Below the pieces are notes generated by a model, which worked only from the letters and a program-made list of their open reading frames with translations, did no database searches and was not told the origin of the DNA. DNA of 64,000 nt, taken from contig CACEJE010000005.1 in assembly GCA_902559815.1 (NCBI GenBank), forward strand, positions 2,170-66,169, in the 5' to 3' direction. Position 1 is the first letter of the stretch; every line of letters begins with the position of its first letter. Origin of the DNA: an uncultured Thiothrix sp. (GTDB lineage Bacteria > Pseudomonadota > Gammaproteobacteria > Poriferisulfidales > GCA-002705445). This document shows positions 31,835-41,173 of this stretch, in pieces. Made by a program: the position numbers and the translations under genes.

Positions 31835-32036
31835 ATCTTTTCTCCAAATTATAATTATATATTTTTTAGATTAAAACCATAAACTATTGATATATATATT
31901 ATTATTAAATAAGTATTTTAAATATAATATGAATATGTACAGGTTTTATTTGGTTATATATGTACAAATTCGGCATAGCTTAAAATTTTTTAAGTTTAGT
32001 ACTATCATTATCATAATATAATTTTTGGAGTTAATT

Positions 32037-32249
32037 ATGAAATATATATTTATTGTAGCTTATTTCTTTTCTTCTGTAGCATTTGCAGGTCATTGCAGTG
32101 CTGGAGCTTCTCACGATGAAGATCATGATGAAAAGCATTCTGAGATGACTGATATGAAGTCAAATATGAAGGATAAAATGAAGTCTATGAAAGAATCAGA
32201 GGAAGATGATTCTGCTGAGGCAAAAAAAGAGTCAGATAAGGACGTCTAA
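32037..32249 (+). CDS. Small secreted Met/His/Asp/Glu-rich protein (possible periplasmic metal-binding protein)
   Basis: GGAG SD lies 6 nt before ATG 32037. A signal peptide (MKYIFIVAYFFSSVAFA) is followed by an HDEDHDEKH and MxxM-rich tail. Confidence 0.4.
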   Translation: MKYIFIVAYFFSSVAFAGHCSAGASHDEDHDEKHSEMTDMKSNMKDKMKSMKESEEDDSAEAKKESDKDV

Positions 32250-32291
32250 CTTTAATAAAGTGCTCGAGATATTTTCTTGAGCACTTCTTAC

Positions 32292-32777
32292 TCACTCTAT
32301 AAATTTGTTATTACTAAATATTCCTTCGTTAACCAGCCCATTTTTAAAGATATATTTTCCTTTTCCGTTTCTTTTGCCTTTTCTCCATTGGCCTTCATAA
32401 ATATCCCCATTTGGAAAATTATATTTCCCAAATCCGTGTTTTTTCCCATTTTTAAAAGCCCCCTCATAAATTGCTCCGTGAACCCAGCAATAAAACATAC
32501 CTTCGCCAGATTCCTTGCCATTTGCAAATTCTCCTACATAGGTAGCTCCATCTTTATAAGTATATGTACCTTTTCCGTGAGGTAATCCATTCTGAAACTG
32601 CCCAACATAAGCTTCACCATTAGTAGCTATTGAGCCAATGCAATTTGTCCAATATAAACTATCATTACCCTTACATTTCTCTTGATCAGCAGAAAAAACA
32701 CTATTATTCGCTATCAAAATAACAAAAGTTAAAAATGAACTAAATTTTAAGGTTTTTAAACGCATAATAAAATTCAA
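32292..32777 (-). CDS. Secreted MORN-repeat protein
   Basis: Signal peptide plus tandem YxGxxxxGxxxGxG MORN repeats. Confidence 0.7.
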   Translation of the reverse strand: MNFIMRLKTLKFSSFLTFVILIANNSVFSADQEKCKGNDSLYWTNCIGSIATNGEAYVGQFQNGLPHGKGTYTYKDGATYVGEFANGKESGEGMFYCWVHGAIYEGAFKNGKKHGFGKYNFPNGDIYEGQWRKGKRNGKGKYIFKNGLVNEGIFSNNKFIE

Positions 32778-33790
32778 TTAAAAGATTTTTTTCCTATAAT
32801 TACCGGAACTCCTTTTGATTCTTCAAAAACTTTGAATACTTTATCCCAACTTATTGAAAAATTTGGATTTTTATCCAAGAAATTCATTACAGGCATTACA
32901 GGTTTAAATATATTATCTGTGGTTAAAGTATTTTTTTGGTTGTTTGAATAAACCTCTTTGTTGTTAAAAGCATGTACTTCCATATACACAAAATTATTAT
33001 ACAGACCAATTTTTATTGGCATATTAATTATTTTTACTTTTGTCCCTACTGGAGCATTATAAAATATAGTCTCTATATCTTCATTTCTCAATCTAATACA
33101 TCCATGCGAAACCATCATTCCAATACCGTGTTTTTTATTTGTGCCATGCAATAAATAACCACCATCAATATTTAATTTTAAAGCGTAATTACCTAATGGG
33201 TTATCTGGTCCAGCCTCTACAGCTCTAGGCAATGTGTCACCTCTTTCTTCATACTCTTTTATTATAGATTTTGGCGGGTACCAAGTAGGACTTTTAACTT
33301 TGCTCTTTATGTATGTTTCTCCAAGTGGCGTCTTCCAATCAAGTCTACCAATACCTACTGGGTAGGTTAAAACTTTATAATTCTCATATAAATCTGATCC
33401 ACGCATATAATAATACAGTCGAAGCTCGGCCAAATTTAAAATAATACCATTATAGTATTTTTGTGGCAGAACATACATAGATGGGATAATGTATTCTGAA
33501 TTAGTGGCTGGGCTCCAATGGTGTGATTCAGGATTTGCAATTAGCAAATCCTGAAAGCCGGTTTTATAATTAATTGCTAGATCTGCTACAGTTTCGTTTT
33601 CATCAACAATAATAGTTTTAATATCACCAATAACAGTTGATTTTGGATCTAAATCAAAAATTTCAAGCGCATTTGAACAGTTTGTAAAAAACAGAAAAAA
33701 GATTATGGTATTAGTTAGCCTTTGATAACCTTTTAAATAAAATACATATTGAGAACAAAATTGTTTCATTATTTTGAATAATATTAACAT
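32774..33790 (-). CDS. L,D-transpeptidase (YkuD family); start probably internal (about 33769)
   Basis: Catalytic HGTNKKHGIGMMVSHGCIRL motif. The 5' end overlaps the holB 3' end. Confidence 0.75.
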   Translation of the reverse strand: MLILFKIMKQFCSQYVFYLKGYQRLTNTIIFFLFFTNCSNALEIFDLDPKSTVIGDIKTIIVDENETVADLAINYKTGFQDLLIANPESHHWSPATNSEYIIPSMYVLPQKYYNGIILNLAELRLYYYMRGSDLYENYKVLTYPVGIGRLDWKTPLGETYIKSKVKSPTWYPPKSIIKEYEERGDTLPRAVEAGPDNPLGNYALKLNIDGGYLLHGTNKKHGIGMMVSHGCIRLRNEDIETIFYNAPVGTKVKIINMPIKIGLYNNFVYMEVHAFNNKEVYSNNQKNTLTTDNIFKPVMPVMNFLDKNPNFSISWDKVFKVFEESKGVPVIIGKKSFN

Positions 33791-34616
33791 TTTTTTTAAT
33801 ACTGATTAATTTATCATAAATATAATTTAATTTCTTGTAATTATACGCTTTTAAAATATTTTCATTATCATCAAAAAATCTTGAATTTTTATTTGTAATA
33901 ATAGATTTTTGAAAATTAACTACCACAAATAAAATTATATTAATAATATGCTCAATATTATACACAGAGAATTTTTTTGAAAAATTTATAATATTTTCAG
34001 AGGAATGAATAACCTCATCTAAATCATAAAAAAAATCATTAATTATTGAAAATTTTTTTTCATAAAAGTTGTTTTTAACATATTTGCTGTTTAAGTTTGA
34101 TAAAATATAGTAATTGTCTAAATCAACATTTTCTAATTTTGATAAATAACTATTTATATCTGCATCCATTGGATTATTACACTTTATAATCGAAGATCTG
34201 CTTATAATTGTAGGCAGTAGAGATGAAATCTTTGAAGTCGTTAATATAAATTTAGATCCTGCTGGTGGCTCTTCAAGTATTTTAAGAATTGCATTTGAAG
34301 CATTAATGTTTAATTTGTCAGCATCTTTAATATAAATAATTTTTCTATCAGATTTAAAGTAGATTTTATCAATAACTTCTCTGATTTGATCAATCTTTAT
34401 TGCTTTAGAACCCTCTTCTACTGAGATTTTTATATAATCTTGTGTAACTATATTTTCTTCATTACTATAATTTAAATAATATTGGGCAATTTCCTCTGCA
34501 AGTATGTTTTTTCCAATGGATTTGTTACCTGTAATAATAACAGTATTTGGAAAGTTATTTATATCGATTAGATTTTTTAAATAGATATAAGTTTCTTCTA
34601 ACCAAGGTATATTCAT
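33711..34616 (-). CDS. holB: DNA polymerase III delta-prime subunit
   Basis: AAA+-like N-terminus (ITGNKSIGKNILA) at delta-prime length. Confidence 0.65.
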   Translation of the reverse strand: MNIPWLEETYIYLKNLIDINNFPNTVIITGNKSIGKNILAEEIAQYYLNYSNEENIVTQDYIKISVEEGSKAIKIDQIREVIDKIYFKSDRKIIYIKDADKLNINASNAILKILEEPPAGSKFILTTSKISSLLPTIISRSSIIKCNNPMDADINSYLSKLENVDLDNYYILSNLNSKYVKNNFYEKKFSIINDFFYDLDEVIHSSENIINFSKKFSVYNIEHIINIILFVVVNFQKSIITNKNSRFFDDNENILKAYNYKKLNYIYDKLISIKKNVNIIQNNETILFSICILFKRLSKAN

Positions 34617-34624
34617 TGCTATAT

Positions 34625-35767
34625 TTAACCTGTTAAATTTTCTTCATTCTCTAGGTTTCTATTTAAATTTTTAAAATAATTTAGTATCTCGCTTGGTCCA
34701 TTTTTAAGATACACATCTAAACTATTACCTTTGAATTCACAAAAAGATGAACTTGTTTCATAAATTTTGATTCTTTCTAGATTTGGTAAATAGGGAATTA
34801 AAATTTCCCATATAACAATAGATAAAAACTCAGTGCTAGAACGCCAGGATAGTTCAGGGCAAGTTAAGTTTAAGGTTTTGTGATCAAATTTGTCTATGAT
34901 TAAATTTTTTACGACTGCTTTAATTAGTGAATAGTCAACCACAAAACCAGTTAAAGGGTCAATTCTATCTTTAATAGAAATTTCAATATCATAACGACCG
35001 CCATGCATATTTTTACACTTTGCATCATGATCAGTAATATAATGCGCAGAATCAAATACAAGCTTTTTTGTTATCGTAGCTTCTGGCGAACTAATAAAAA
35101 ATTTATCATTAAAACAAGGTATTTTATTTAAAAATTCTTTAGTATTAGCTTTAAGTTTTTCACAATCATTTTTTGAAGCAAATCTTACAACAAATGTATC
35201 ATTAGAAATATTTAATTTAATAATTGAAATATCATAGGCATTTAATTGTTTTTTTAAATTTTGATATAAATTTTCTTCAATATTTTTTAAGTATATATAA
35301 TCTTTTAAAATGTACCCATTGTTAATAAGTAAGATTGCTAAATATAGAAAGAAATCTTTGGTCTTTGTGGTTTTTAGTTCAAGTAAATTAATATTTTCTT
35401 TATTATTTGATATAAAGTTTTCTGTAATAACTTTATGTGATTCGTGACTGTAATTATTAAGATCATCGTATTCGAACCCAAGGCTTGATAATTGATCATT
35501 AAGCCAAAACAAATAATTTAACTTACGAACCTCTTCATAAATATATATACGTCCATCTTTTAAAACTAGCTTATTTAAATCACTATAAGCTTTAAGAATT
35601 GTCTTTTGTTTTTCTGTAGTTTTTGCATTAACTACATTTTTTAATTTTTTTTTAATTTTATTTGATCCTAATGGATCTATGAGCGTTTCAATTGGTATCG
35701 CATGTTTTAGTGAATACTCTTGCAGTGTTAATCCATCTTTATATCTATTTTTATCTTTCAATGACAT
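34625..35767 (-). CDS. Fusion protein: unknown N-terminal domain (about 230 aa) plus C-terminal 6-pyruvoyl-tetrahydropterin synthase/QueD-like domain
   Basis: The C-terminus aligns by eye to the PTPS/QueD fold: FDSAHY, CKNMHGGRY, DPLTGFVVDYSLIK, FDHKTLN and an ETS tail. The expected HGH zinc motif reads HGG. Confidence 0.55.
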   Translation of the reverse strand: MSLKDKNRYKDGLTLQEYSLKHAIPIETLIDPLGSNKIKKKLKNVVNAKTTEKQKTILKAYSDLNKLVLKDGRIYIYEEVRKLNYLFWLNDQLSSLGFEYDDLNNYSHESHKVITENFISNNKENINLLELKTTKTKDFFLYLAILLINNGYILKDYIYLKNIEENLYQNLKKQLNAYDISIIKLNISNDTFVVRFASKNDCEKLKANTKEFLNKIPCFNDKFFISSPEATITKKLVFDSAHYITDHDAKCKNMHGGRYDIEISIKDRIDPLTGFVVDYSLIKAVVKNLIIDKFDHKTLNLTCPELSWRSSTEFLSIVIWEILIPYLPNLERIKIYETSSSFCEFKGNSLDVYLKNGPSEILNYFKNLNRNLENEENLTG

Positions 35768-35812
35768 TTAATTCGATGGCTAACCTCGTGGTAAAAATTT
35801 TATTAGCAAGAG

Positions 35813-35846
35813 TTGCGTCAGTCTTCATAAGGCGAAGCTGACGCAA
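35813..35846 (-). terminator. GC-rich 9-bp stem hairpin after fae (putative terminator or attenuator)
   Basis: TTGCGTCAG, a 16-nt loop, then CTGACGCAA lie 24 nt downstream of the fae stop. An A/U-rich tract follows on the transcript. Confidence 0.35.
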
Positions 35847-35869
35847 ATACTTACAAACATTAAGATGTT

Positions 35870-36394
35870 TTAGAATCCTTGGAAAGGATGGTCTGTAGCA
35901 TCTTTTTTAGCTAACATATCGTCAACAGAAGGTGTGCCTTTAACAGCAGCTTCTATAGCGCCTTTAGTAGCTTTATAGTTATTTTCATAAATAGCTTCGT
36001 CACTATTTGCTTCCCAATGGATAAATACGCCAACACATATGTAAAGATCGTCAGCTTCACCCTTTGGAATAACACCTGACTCAACGCTATCAGCAACAGC
36101 CATAGCTACTGCTTTCTGAGCAGGACCAAACATTTGAACAGCTTGCTTAGCACCTTTAATTGTAACTTTGTTAAACATCATAGTATTTGGTTTACAAACT
36201 AAGTTTGGGCCAACTACTGCTAATAAAGATGTAAAACCATCTTTGTTATTACAAAGACCATTACAAAATGCTGTTTCTACTGCTGAGCCTCTTGGACCGA
36301 TTAATAAATCGATATGAGCAATCTCTGCCATAGTTCCTGTTGGGTCGTTATCATTTACTAGACATTCCCCCACTAAAACTTTATTTATTGCCAT
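35870..36394 (-). CDS. fae: Formaldehyde-activating enzyme
   Basis: 174 aa, collinear with Methylobacterium Fae: [48 protein letters not shown] and VGVFIHWEA. Confidence 0.9.
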   Translation of the reverse strand: MAINKVLVGECLVNDNDPTGTMAEIAHIDLLIGPRGSAVETAFCNGLCNNKDGFTSLLAVVGPNLVCKPNTMMFNKVTIKGAKQAVQMFGPAQKAVAMAVADSVESGVIPKGEADDLYICVGVFIHWEANSDEAIYENNYKATKGAIEAAVKGTPSVDDMLAKKDATDHPFQGF

Positions 36395-36471
36395 GATATA
36401 ACTCCTATTATTATAAATTATTGTAAAAAGTAGTATTCAATACTGAATTCCATTGAATAACTAAGTTTCAA

Positions 36472-37317
36472 TTATAAACCCAAGCGGTTGAAAAATACAC
36501 TAGCCACTACAACGTCAGCCGTTGTTCCAGGATTTAACCCTTGTATCTTAAGCTCAGAATCCAGTAATAACAACTTTTTATTTAATATTTTTGGGTTTTT
36601 TAGCTCACAATATTCATTTGCAAGCGATTTTACTTGTTCAGAGACGTTTTTTGCCTTCATAACACCATATTTTCTTGCAATCAGACTATCTGGCCTTTTT
36701 GACAGAAGACTTAAAAATGTTGCAGTTGTAGCAGACTCATCATTATTCATTTTATTAAAGCATATTCTCCAAAATGGAGATAAATTATTGATAATATTGT
36801 CAAAAAAACAATAATACTCGTTAGCAATATCATCGTAAGAACTTGCGTATTTCATAGCTTCGTAAAGTTTAAAATTACAATTGCCAGACTTTTTAATATC
36901 ATATTCGTCTTTTTCTCCCATTCCCCCAGCATTTGCTATATTAATTGCTTCATATATTTTTTTTGTTTGCTTATGATCAATATCTAGAATGGTTTTCTTT
37001 AAATTTTCTCGTGAAAATCTATGTTTCTCATCAAGATACAAACTTTGTACAATAGGGGTGCAGAGTAAAATAATACCTAGATTAGTGTTGCATCCAACCA
37101 CATCCACTGAAGATTTAACGCTTTCATATATCTTAGTGCCAATATCCATACCTTTTTCGCAAATAATGTCAGAGCATGCCATAGAACTTTGAAGGAAGTC
37201 TTTGTGCGTCATATTATAGCCAGGATTATTATATGAAACGTTACCTGGTTTTATTGAGAAAACATCAAGTTTGCAAGAATATTCAAATGCCATTTTAACT
37301 TGGGTCTCAGTTATCAA
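36472..37317 (-). CDS. Triphosphoribosyl-dephospho-CoA synthase (CitG)-like protein (orf7 of methylotroph H4MPT islands)
   Basis: LNPGTTAD motif and about 280 aa, embedded in the fae/mch cluster. Confidence 0.55.
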   Translation of the reverse strand: MITETQVKMAFEYSCKLDVFSIKPGNVSYNNPGYNMTHKDFLQSSMACSDIICEKGMDIGTKIYESVKSSVDVVGCNTNLGIILLCTPIVQSLYLDEKHRFSRENLKKTILDIDHKQTKKIYEAINIANAGGMGEKDEYDIKKSGNCNFKLYEAMKYASSYDDIANEYYCFFDNIINNLSPFWRICFNKMNNDESATTATFLSLLSKRPDSLIARKYGVMKAKNVSEQVKSLANEYCELKNPKILNKKLLLLDSELKIQGLNPGTTADVVVASVFFNRLGL

Positions 37318-38198
37318 TTTTTCTCCTTACAGATACGTAAAAAATTATTAATTATTTCGTCAGCAATAATCCTATCATTGTGAACTGACTGCAAACCTTT
37401 CCAAGCAGGAATACTATTTACTTCCGTTACCATATAGCCATTATCACCTAACATAATATCAACGCCTGAGTAATCCATATTTAGAGCATTAGAGGCCTTC
37501 AAAGCAATTTCTACCATTTCTCTTGAAGGCTTAAATGATTTACAAGAAGCTCCATTAGCGATATTGTTTATCCAAGTTTTTCCTTCGCGAACCATCGAAG
37601 CTATAACTTCGTTTTTTATAACAAATAATCTCCAGTCAATAAATTTACTCTCAGGATGATTTAAGTATTCTTGCAAATAATAAACATTATTTAAATTTTC
37701 ATAATCAGGATGAGAATTATTTTTATCCAAGATCTCCAATCCTTTGCCTTGGGAACCAAAGATAGGTTTAGAAACACATTTATTTTCAAAAAATTCTTTT
37801 TTAAATTTATTTAGATCTTTGATGTTACTTGTAATGTATGTTTTTGGCGTTGGAATATTACTCGCGCTCAATATACTTGATGTTCTTATTTTATCAACAC
37901 TTTTTTCAATGCATACTGTATTGTTATAAACACAGACATTATAAAGCTCTAAATAATGTAAAATATCTAAATGAAAGATAACTTCTTCGAGAGTACCGCC
38001 TGGTATGCCTCTTACAAAAGCACCTTCAATATCCTTTAAAAAATACTCTTTTGAGTCTATTATAATTTTAGGAATATCTTCAAGAACTAGTGATGAATTA
38101 TTGATTTTTGCAGTTATTACTTTTTTTTTATTTTTTTCAAAAGATTTTATTAATTGACTAGTATGCCATCCATCGTCTTCGGTAAAAATTAAATACAT
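37314..38198 (-). CDS. ATP-grasp RimK-like ligase (orf5/MptN-like, H4MPT glutamylation candidate)
   Basis: ATP-grasp motifs (KPIFGSQGKG, MVTEVNSIP) with 4-nt overlaps to its neighbours. Confidence 0.6.
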   Translation of the reverse strand: MYLIFTEDDGWHTSQLIKSFEKNKKKVITAKINNSSLVLEDIPKIIIDSKEYFLKDIEGAFVRGIPGGTLEEVIFHLDILHYLELYNVCVYNNTVCIEKSVDKIRTSSILSASNIPTPKTYITSNIKDLNKFKKEFFENKCVSKPIFGSQGKGLEILDKNNSHPDYENLNNVYYLQEYLNHPESKFIDWRLFVIKNEVIASMVREGKTWINNIANGASCKSFKPSREMVEIALKASNALNMDYSGVDIMLGDNGYMVTEVNSIPAWKGLQSVHNDRIIADEIINNFLRICKEKN

Positions 38199-38199
38199 T

Positions 38200-39162
38200 T
38201 TATATCCCGAAAGACTTTTTCATTAATTCAGAGTCGATATCACCACTTGTAAAAGTATTTCCAGTTTTCATATTTGATATTATAACTTTACTAGGGCTAA
38301 AAAGATTTCCATCTATTTTAAAAAAATCATATTCATAATCTTTAAAAATATCTGCAAAAGGCTTACCGTAATCATTTGATGTAGAGCTCGGCATTTTATT
38401 ACATAGATCTTTTGCCATATCGTCAGATGTATTTACGAATAGTTGGGTAACTCCTGCAAAAATTATTGCGTCATTTGTTCTGCCCATTGCAGTTAAGAAT
38501 TCTGGCGATGTTGGTGGTATTGGGGCGCTTCCAAAGCCCTCTATAATTTCGTTCATCGGAAATTTAAGTTCGTGTGCTTTATGTAGGGCTACTTCTAAAA
38601 CTCTTGAGACAACTTGTAAATTACCGGCGATACTAGATGTTGGGGTTAATATTATAGTTATATTTTCTGCTTTAACACCTGTGTCTTTTTCAATTTTTTC
38701 AACAATATCTTTTGGTGGAAAACAATCTACTTCCATTACGATACAAGTTTTATCGTTTTTATCTGAATAGTTAATATCTTTAAATAAAGCCTCTTTTAAA
38801 GCTAAAGCTCTACCTGGGCCAGAACCTAATGCGTTAAATTTTACACCCTCCTCCTTAGAAGATAAGCTCCATCCGGCATATTGAGATCCTAAGCAAGCAA
38901 TTACGGGGTCATTAGAATTTACGTGAACTGTAAGAGGCCATTCAGGTGCTTGGAAAGTATTTAAAATATGTACTCTACCTAGGCCACCTAGACATATTTC
39001 ACTAATTATTCTACCGGCCTCAATATTGCCAAGTGCATTTATTCCGGCGTCAATAATAGTTACGTTTTTATGTCCTTTAGAAACATCAACCCTATAATAT
39101 GACTTATTAAGAATTAAATCATCAACCAAGGTTTGAGCTTTTTTATTCACACTAATCATCAA
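38200..39162 (-). CDS. mch: Methenyl-tetrahydromethanopterin cyclohydrolase
   Basis: 320 aa with IIDAGINALGNIEAGRIISEICLGGLG, closely matching the Mch N-terminal signature. Confidence 0.85.
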   Translation of the reverse strand: MMISVNKKAQTLVDDLILNKSYYRVDVSKGHKNVTIIDAGINALGNIEAGRIISEICLGGLGRVHILNTFQAPEWPLTVHVNSNDPVIACLGSQYAGWSLSSKEEGVKFNALGSGPGRALALKEALFKDINYSDKNDKTCIVMEVDCFPPKDIVEKIEKDTGVKAENITIILTPTSSIAGNLQVVSRVLEVALHKAHELKFPMNEIIEGFGSAPIPPTSPEFLTAMGRTNDAIIFAGVTQLFVNTSDDMAKDLCNKMPSSTSNDYGKPFADIFKDYEYDFFKIDGNLFSPSKVIISNMKTGNTFTSGDIDSELMKKSFGI

Positions 39163-40313
39163 ATTATCTCTGTATTATTAAGTTCATTTTTTATTAATGA
39201 TATATTATCTGATAACAATTTATCAGCTTTTTTTTCATCATATGATTTGACACGTATTGTACATATAGGATCACCAGCTTCAATAAAGCAATTTGTTTTT
39301 GGCACATTAGATACAAAATCATATTTTAATAAGTCAAAAGTATATTTAAAATCTTCTTTAGCAAATATTGTTTCAAATGCATAGGATGAATTCTCTTCAT
39401 TGACAATATCTGGCATTTTGCCATTAATAATACTATCAATATGAGCGTTAACATAGCCGAGCTTGAAATAATCATCATACATAAAACAGGTTTGCGTTAA
39501 TCTTGGGTTTATTTCAAGAAAATAAATACTACTACCTTTAATAACGAAATCAATACCATTAATTCCAACTAAATCAAAATTATTAACAAAAAAATTAATT
39601 ATATTTTTTAATAATTCAATATAAGGAGGTTCTAGTTTTATATTTGATATGGCTCCAGAAAAACAATAATTTGTATTTTTTGTTTTTTTATTAAATATTT
39701 TATTAATACCAATTAATTTATAATCTTTTTTTTTATTAACAATAAAAAGTATTGAGTGAACATTTCCAGTAATAAACTCTTGAATATATTCATTGTCAGC
39801 TAAGATATAGTCTTTTGTATAATCTTTAATTCCAAATCCACCAGATAGATCTTTATTTTTAATTAGCTTTTTTTCTTTATTTAGAATTTCTAAATTATAA
39901 TCTTTTGGAACTTTAATTCCACTTTTATATAATTGATTAAATAATATTTTACTATATTTTGTTTCAGCAAATATATCTTGTTTGTTATTTGCTAAATAAC
40001 CATATTTGTTTAGATTTTCATCATAATCCCTTTTAGTATCAAAACCTGATGCGACGATTATTATAGTATCTTCTTTTTTTAAATTTAGTTTTTTTATTAT
40101 TTCAATAACATCGTCATTTACAAATCCAAAAGAGTTCTTATTTAAATAGCACTCTCCTTTTAAGTCGTCATCATTAAATGAGTCAATATTGATTACTCTT
40201 TTATTTAATTTAATAAGTGATTTACTGTGCTCAACTACTGAATTACCAATTATTATTATATTATTTTGATGATACATACTCTCTTGCAAGCTCAAGTGCA
40301 TCATGAAAATCAA
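39159..40313 (-). CDS. ATP-grasp family protein (orf17-like, H4MPT-associated)
   Basis: ATP-grasp-like C-terminal half, conserved in position between mtd and mch. The start may be an internal Met. Confidence 0.45.
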   Translation of the reverse strand: MIFMMHLSLQESMYHQNNIIIIGNSVVEHSKSLIKLNKRVINIDSFNDDDLKGECYLNKNSFGFVNDDVIEIIKKLNLKKEDTIIIVASGFDTKRDYDENLNKYGYLANNKQDIFAETKYSKILFNQLYKSGIKVPKDYNLEILNKEKKLIKNKDLSGGFGIKDYTKDYILADNEYIQEFITGNVHSILFIVNKKKDYKLIGINKIFNKKTKNTNYCFSGAISNIKLEPPYIELLKNIINFFVNNFDLVGINGIDFVIKGSSIYFLEINPRLTQTCFMYDDYFKLGYVNAHIDSIINGKMPDIVNEENSSYAFETIFAKEDFKYTFDLLKYDFVSNVPKTNCFIEAGDPICTIRVKSYDEKKADKLLSDNISLIKNELNNTEII

Positions 40314-41163
40314 GAAATACAGGTTTTTCTGAGCTAGCCATTTTTTTTAATAACTTGCTTTGTGCTTGATATTTAACTTGACCTATAGCAAGAGCACCAA
40401 TTCCTAGTGCGCCAGAAACGGAACCAGATAATTCCTTGCAGTCTTGCATAGCATCAAGGCCAGCCACACCTGAAGGAGGAACTGCATTTACATCAGCTGC
40501 AACTTTCAAATTCATTGCAAGCTTTAATTGCTCCTCAGATACTAGCTGAATACCAGCAGCACCGCTTGCAAGTACTATATCAACTTGGTCAATCATTTGA
40601 TTAAATTCATCGTTTGATGCGCCTGATATTTTTGCGTCTGAACCCAAATAGTTATCTATACAATATTTTGATAACTCTTCACATTTGTCCTTTTTCCTTC
40701 CCATTATTACAACATCTGCCCCTGCTGATGCCGCTAATATTCCGGCTATACAGCCAACTGGCCCAGTACCACCAAAGACAACAACTTTTTGATTTTCCAA
40801 AGACTTCTCAAACTTGTTTTTTAAAGAATCTTCTACTTTTGCAATCATGCCGGCTGCGGTTGTATATGCCCCACTTGGATCCGCAAAAGCAGAAACGGTA
40901 AATGGAGGAACTAATGAATTTTTACATATTTTTAACATTTCAATTGCTATATGTGGGTCTCTTCCACCAATAAAAATTCCTGTTTTATTTAAGCCTGGCG
41001 GCCTGGAAAAAATAGCATCTTGAACAATCCCCTCGACTTCACTAGCCTCGATATTAGTGTAAGGGACGCATTTATCCCATCCAGCATCATAGGCCATATT
41101 CACATCAAAAGGACTAAGATTTTTTGCTGTTGTTAACATATGCATTATTAATGGTTTACTCAT
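40261..41163 (-). CDS. NAD(P)-dependent methylene-tetrahydromethanopterin dehydrogenase (MtdA/MtdB family)
   Basis: Collinear with MtdA: FDV..AYDAG, IFIGG, DPSGAYTTAAG, a VFGGTGPVG Rossmann motif and GALGIGAL. Confidence 0.75.
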   Translation of the reverse strand: MSKPLIMHMLTTAKNLSPFDVNMAYDAGWDKCVPYTNIEASEVEGIVQDAIFSRPPGLNKTGIFIGGRDPHIAIEMLKICKNSLVPPFTVSAFADPSGAYTTAAGMIAKVEDSLKNKFEKSLENQKVVVFGGTGPVGCIAGILAASAGADVVIMGRKKDKCEELSKYCIDNYLGSDAKISGASNDEFNQMIDQVDIVLASGAAGIQLVSEEQLKLAMNLKVAADVNAVPPSGVAGLDAMQDCKELSGSVSGALGIGALAIGQVKYQAQSKLLKKMASSEKPVFLDFHDALELAREYVSSK

Positions 41164-41173
41164 AATTTATTCC

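Noticed and set aside
32277-32585. Plus-strand ORFs opposite the MORN-repeat gene
   Set aside because: The minus-strand product has clear tandem MORN repeats and a signal peptide. The plus-strand ORFs are artefacts.
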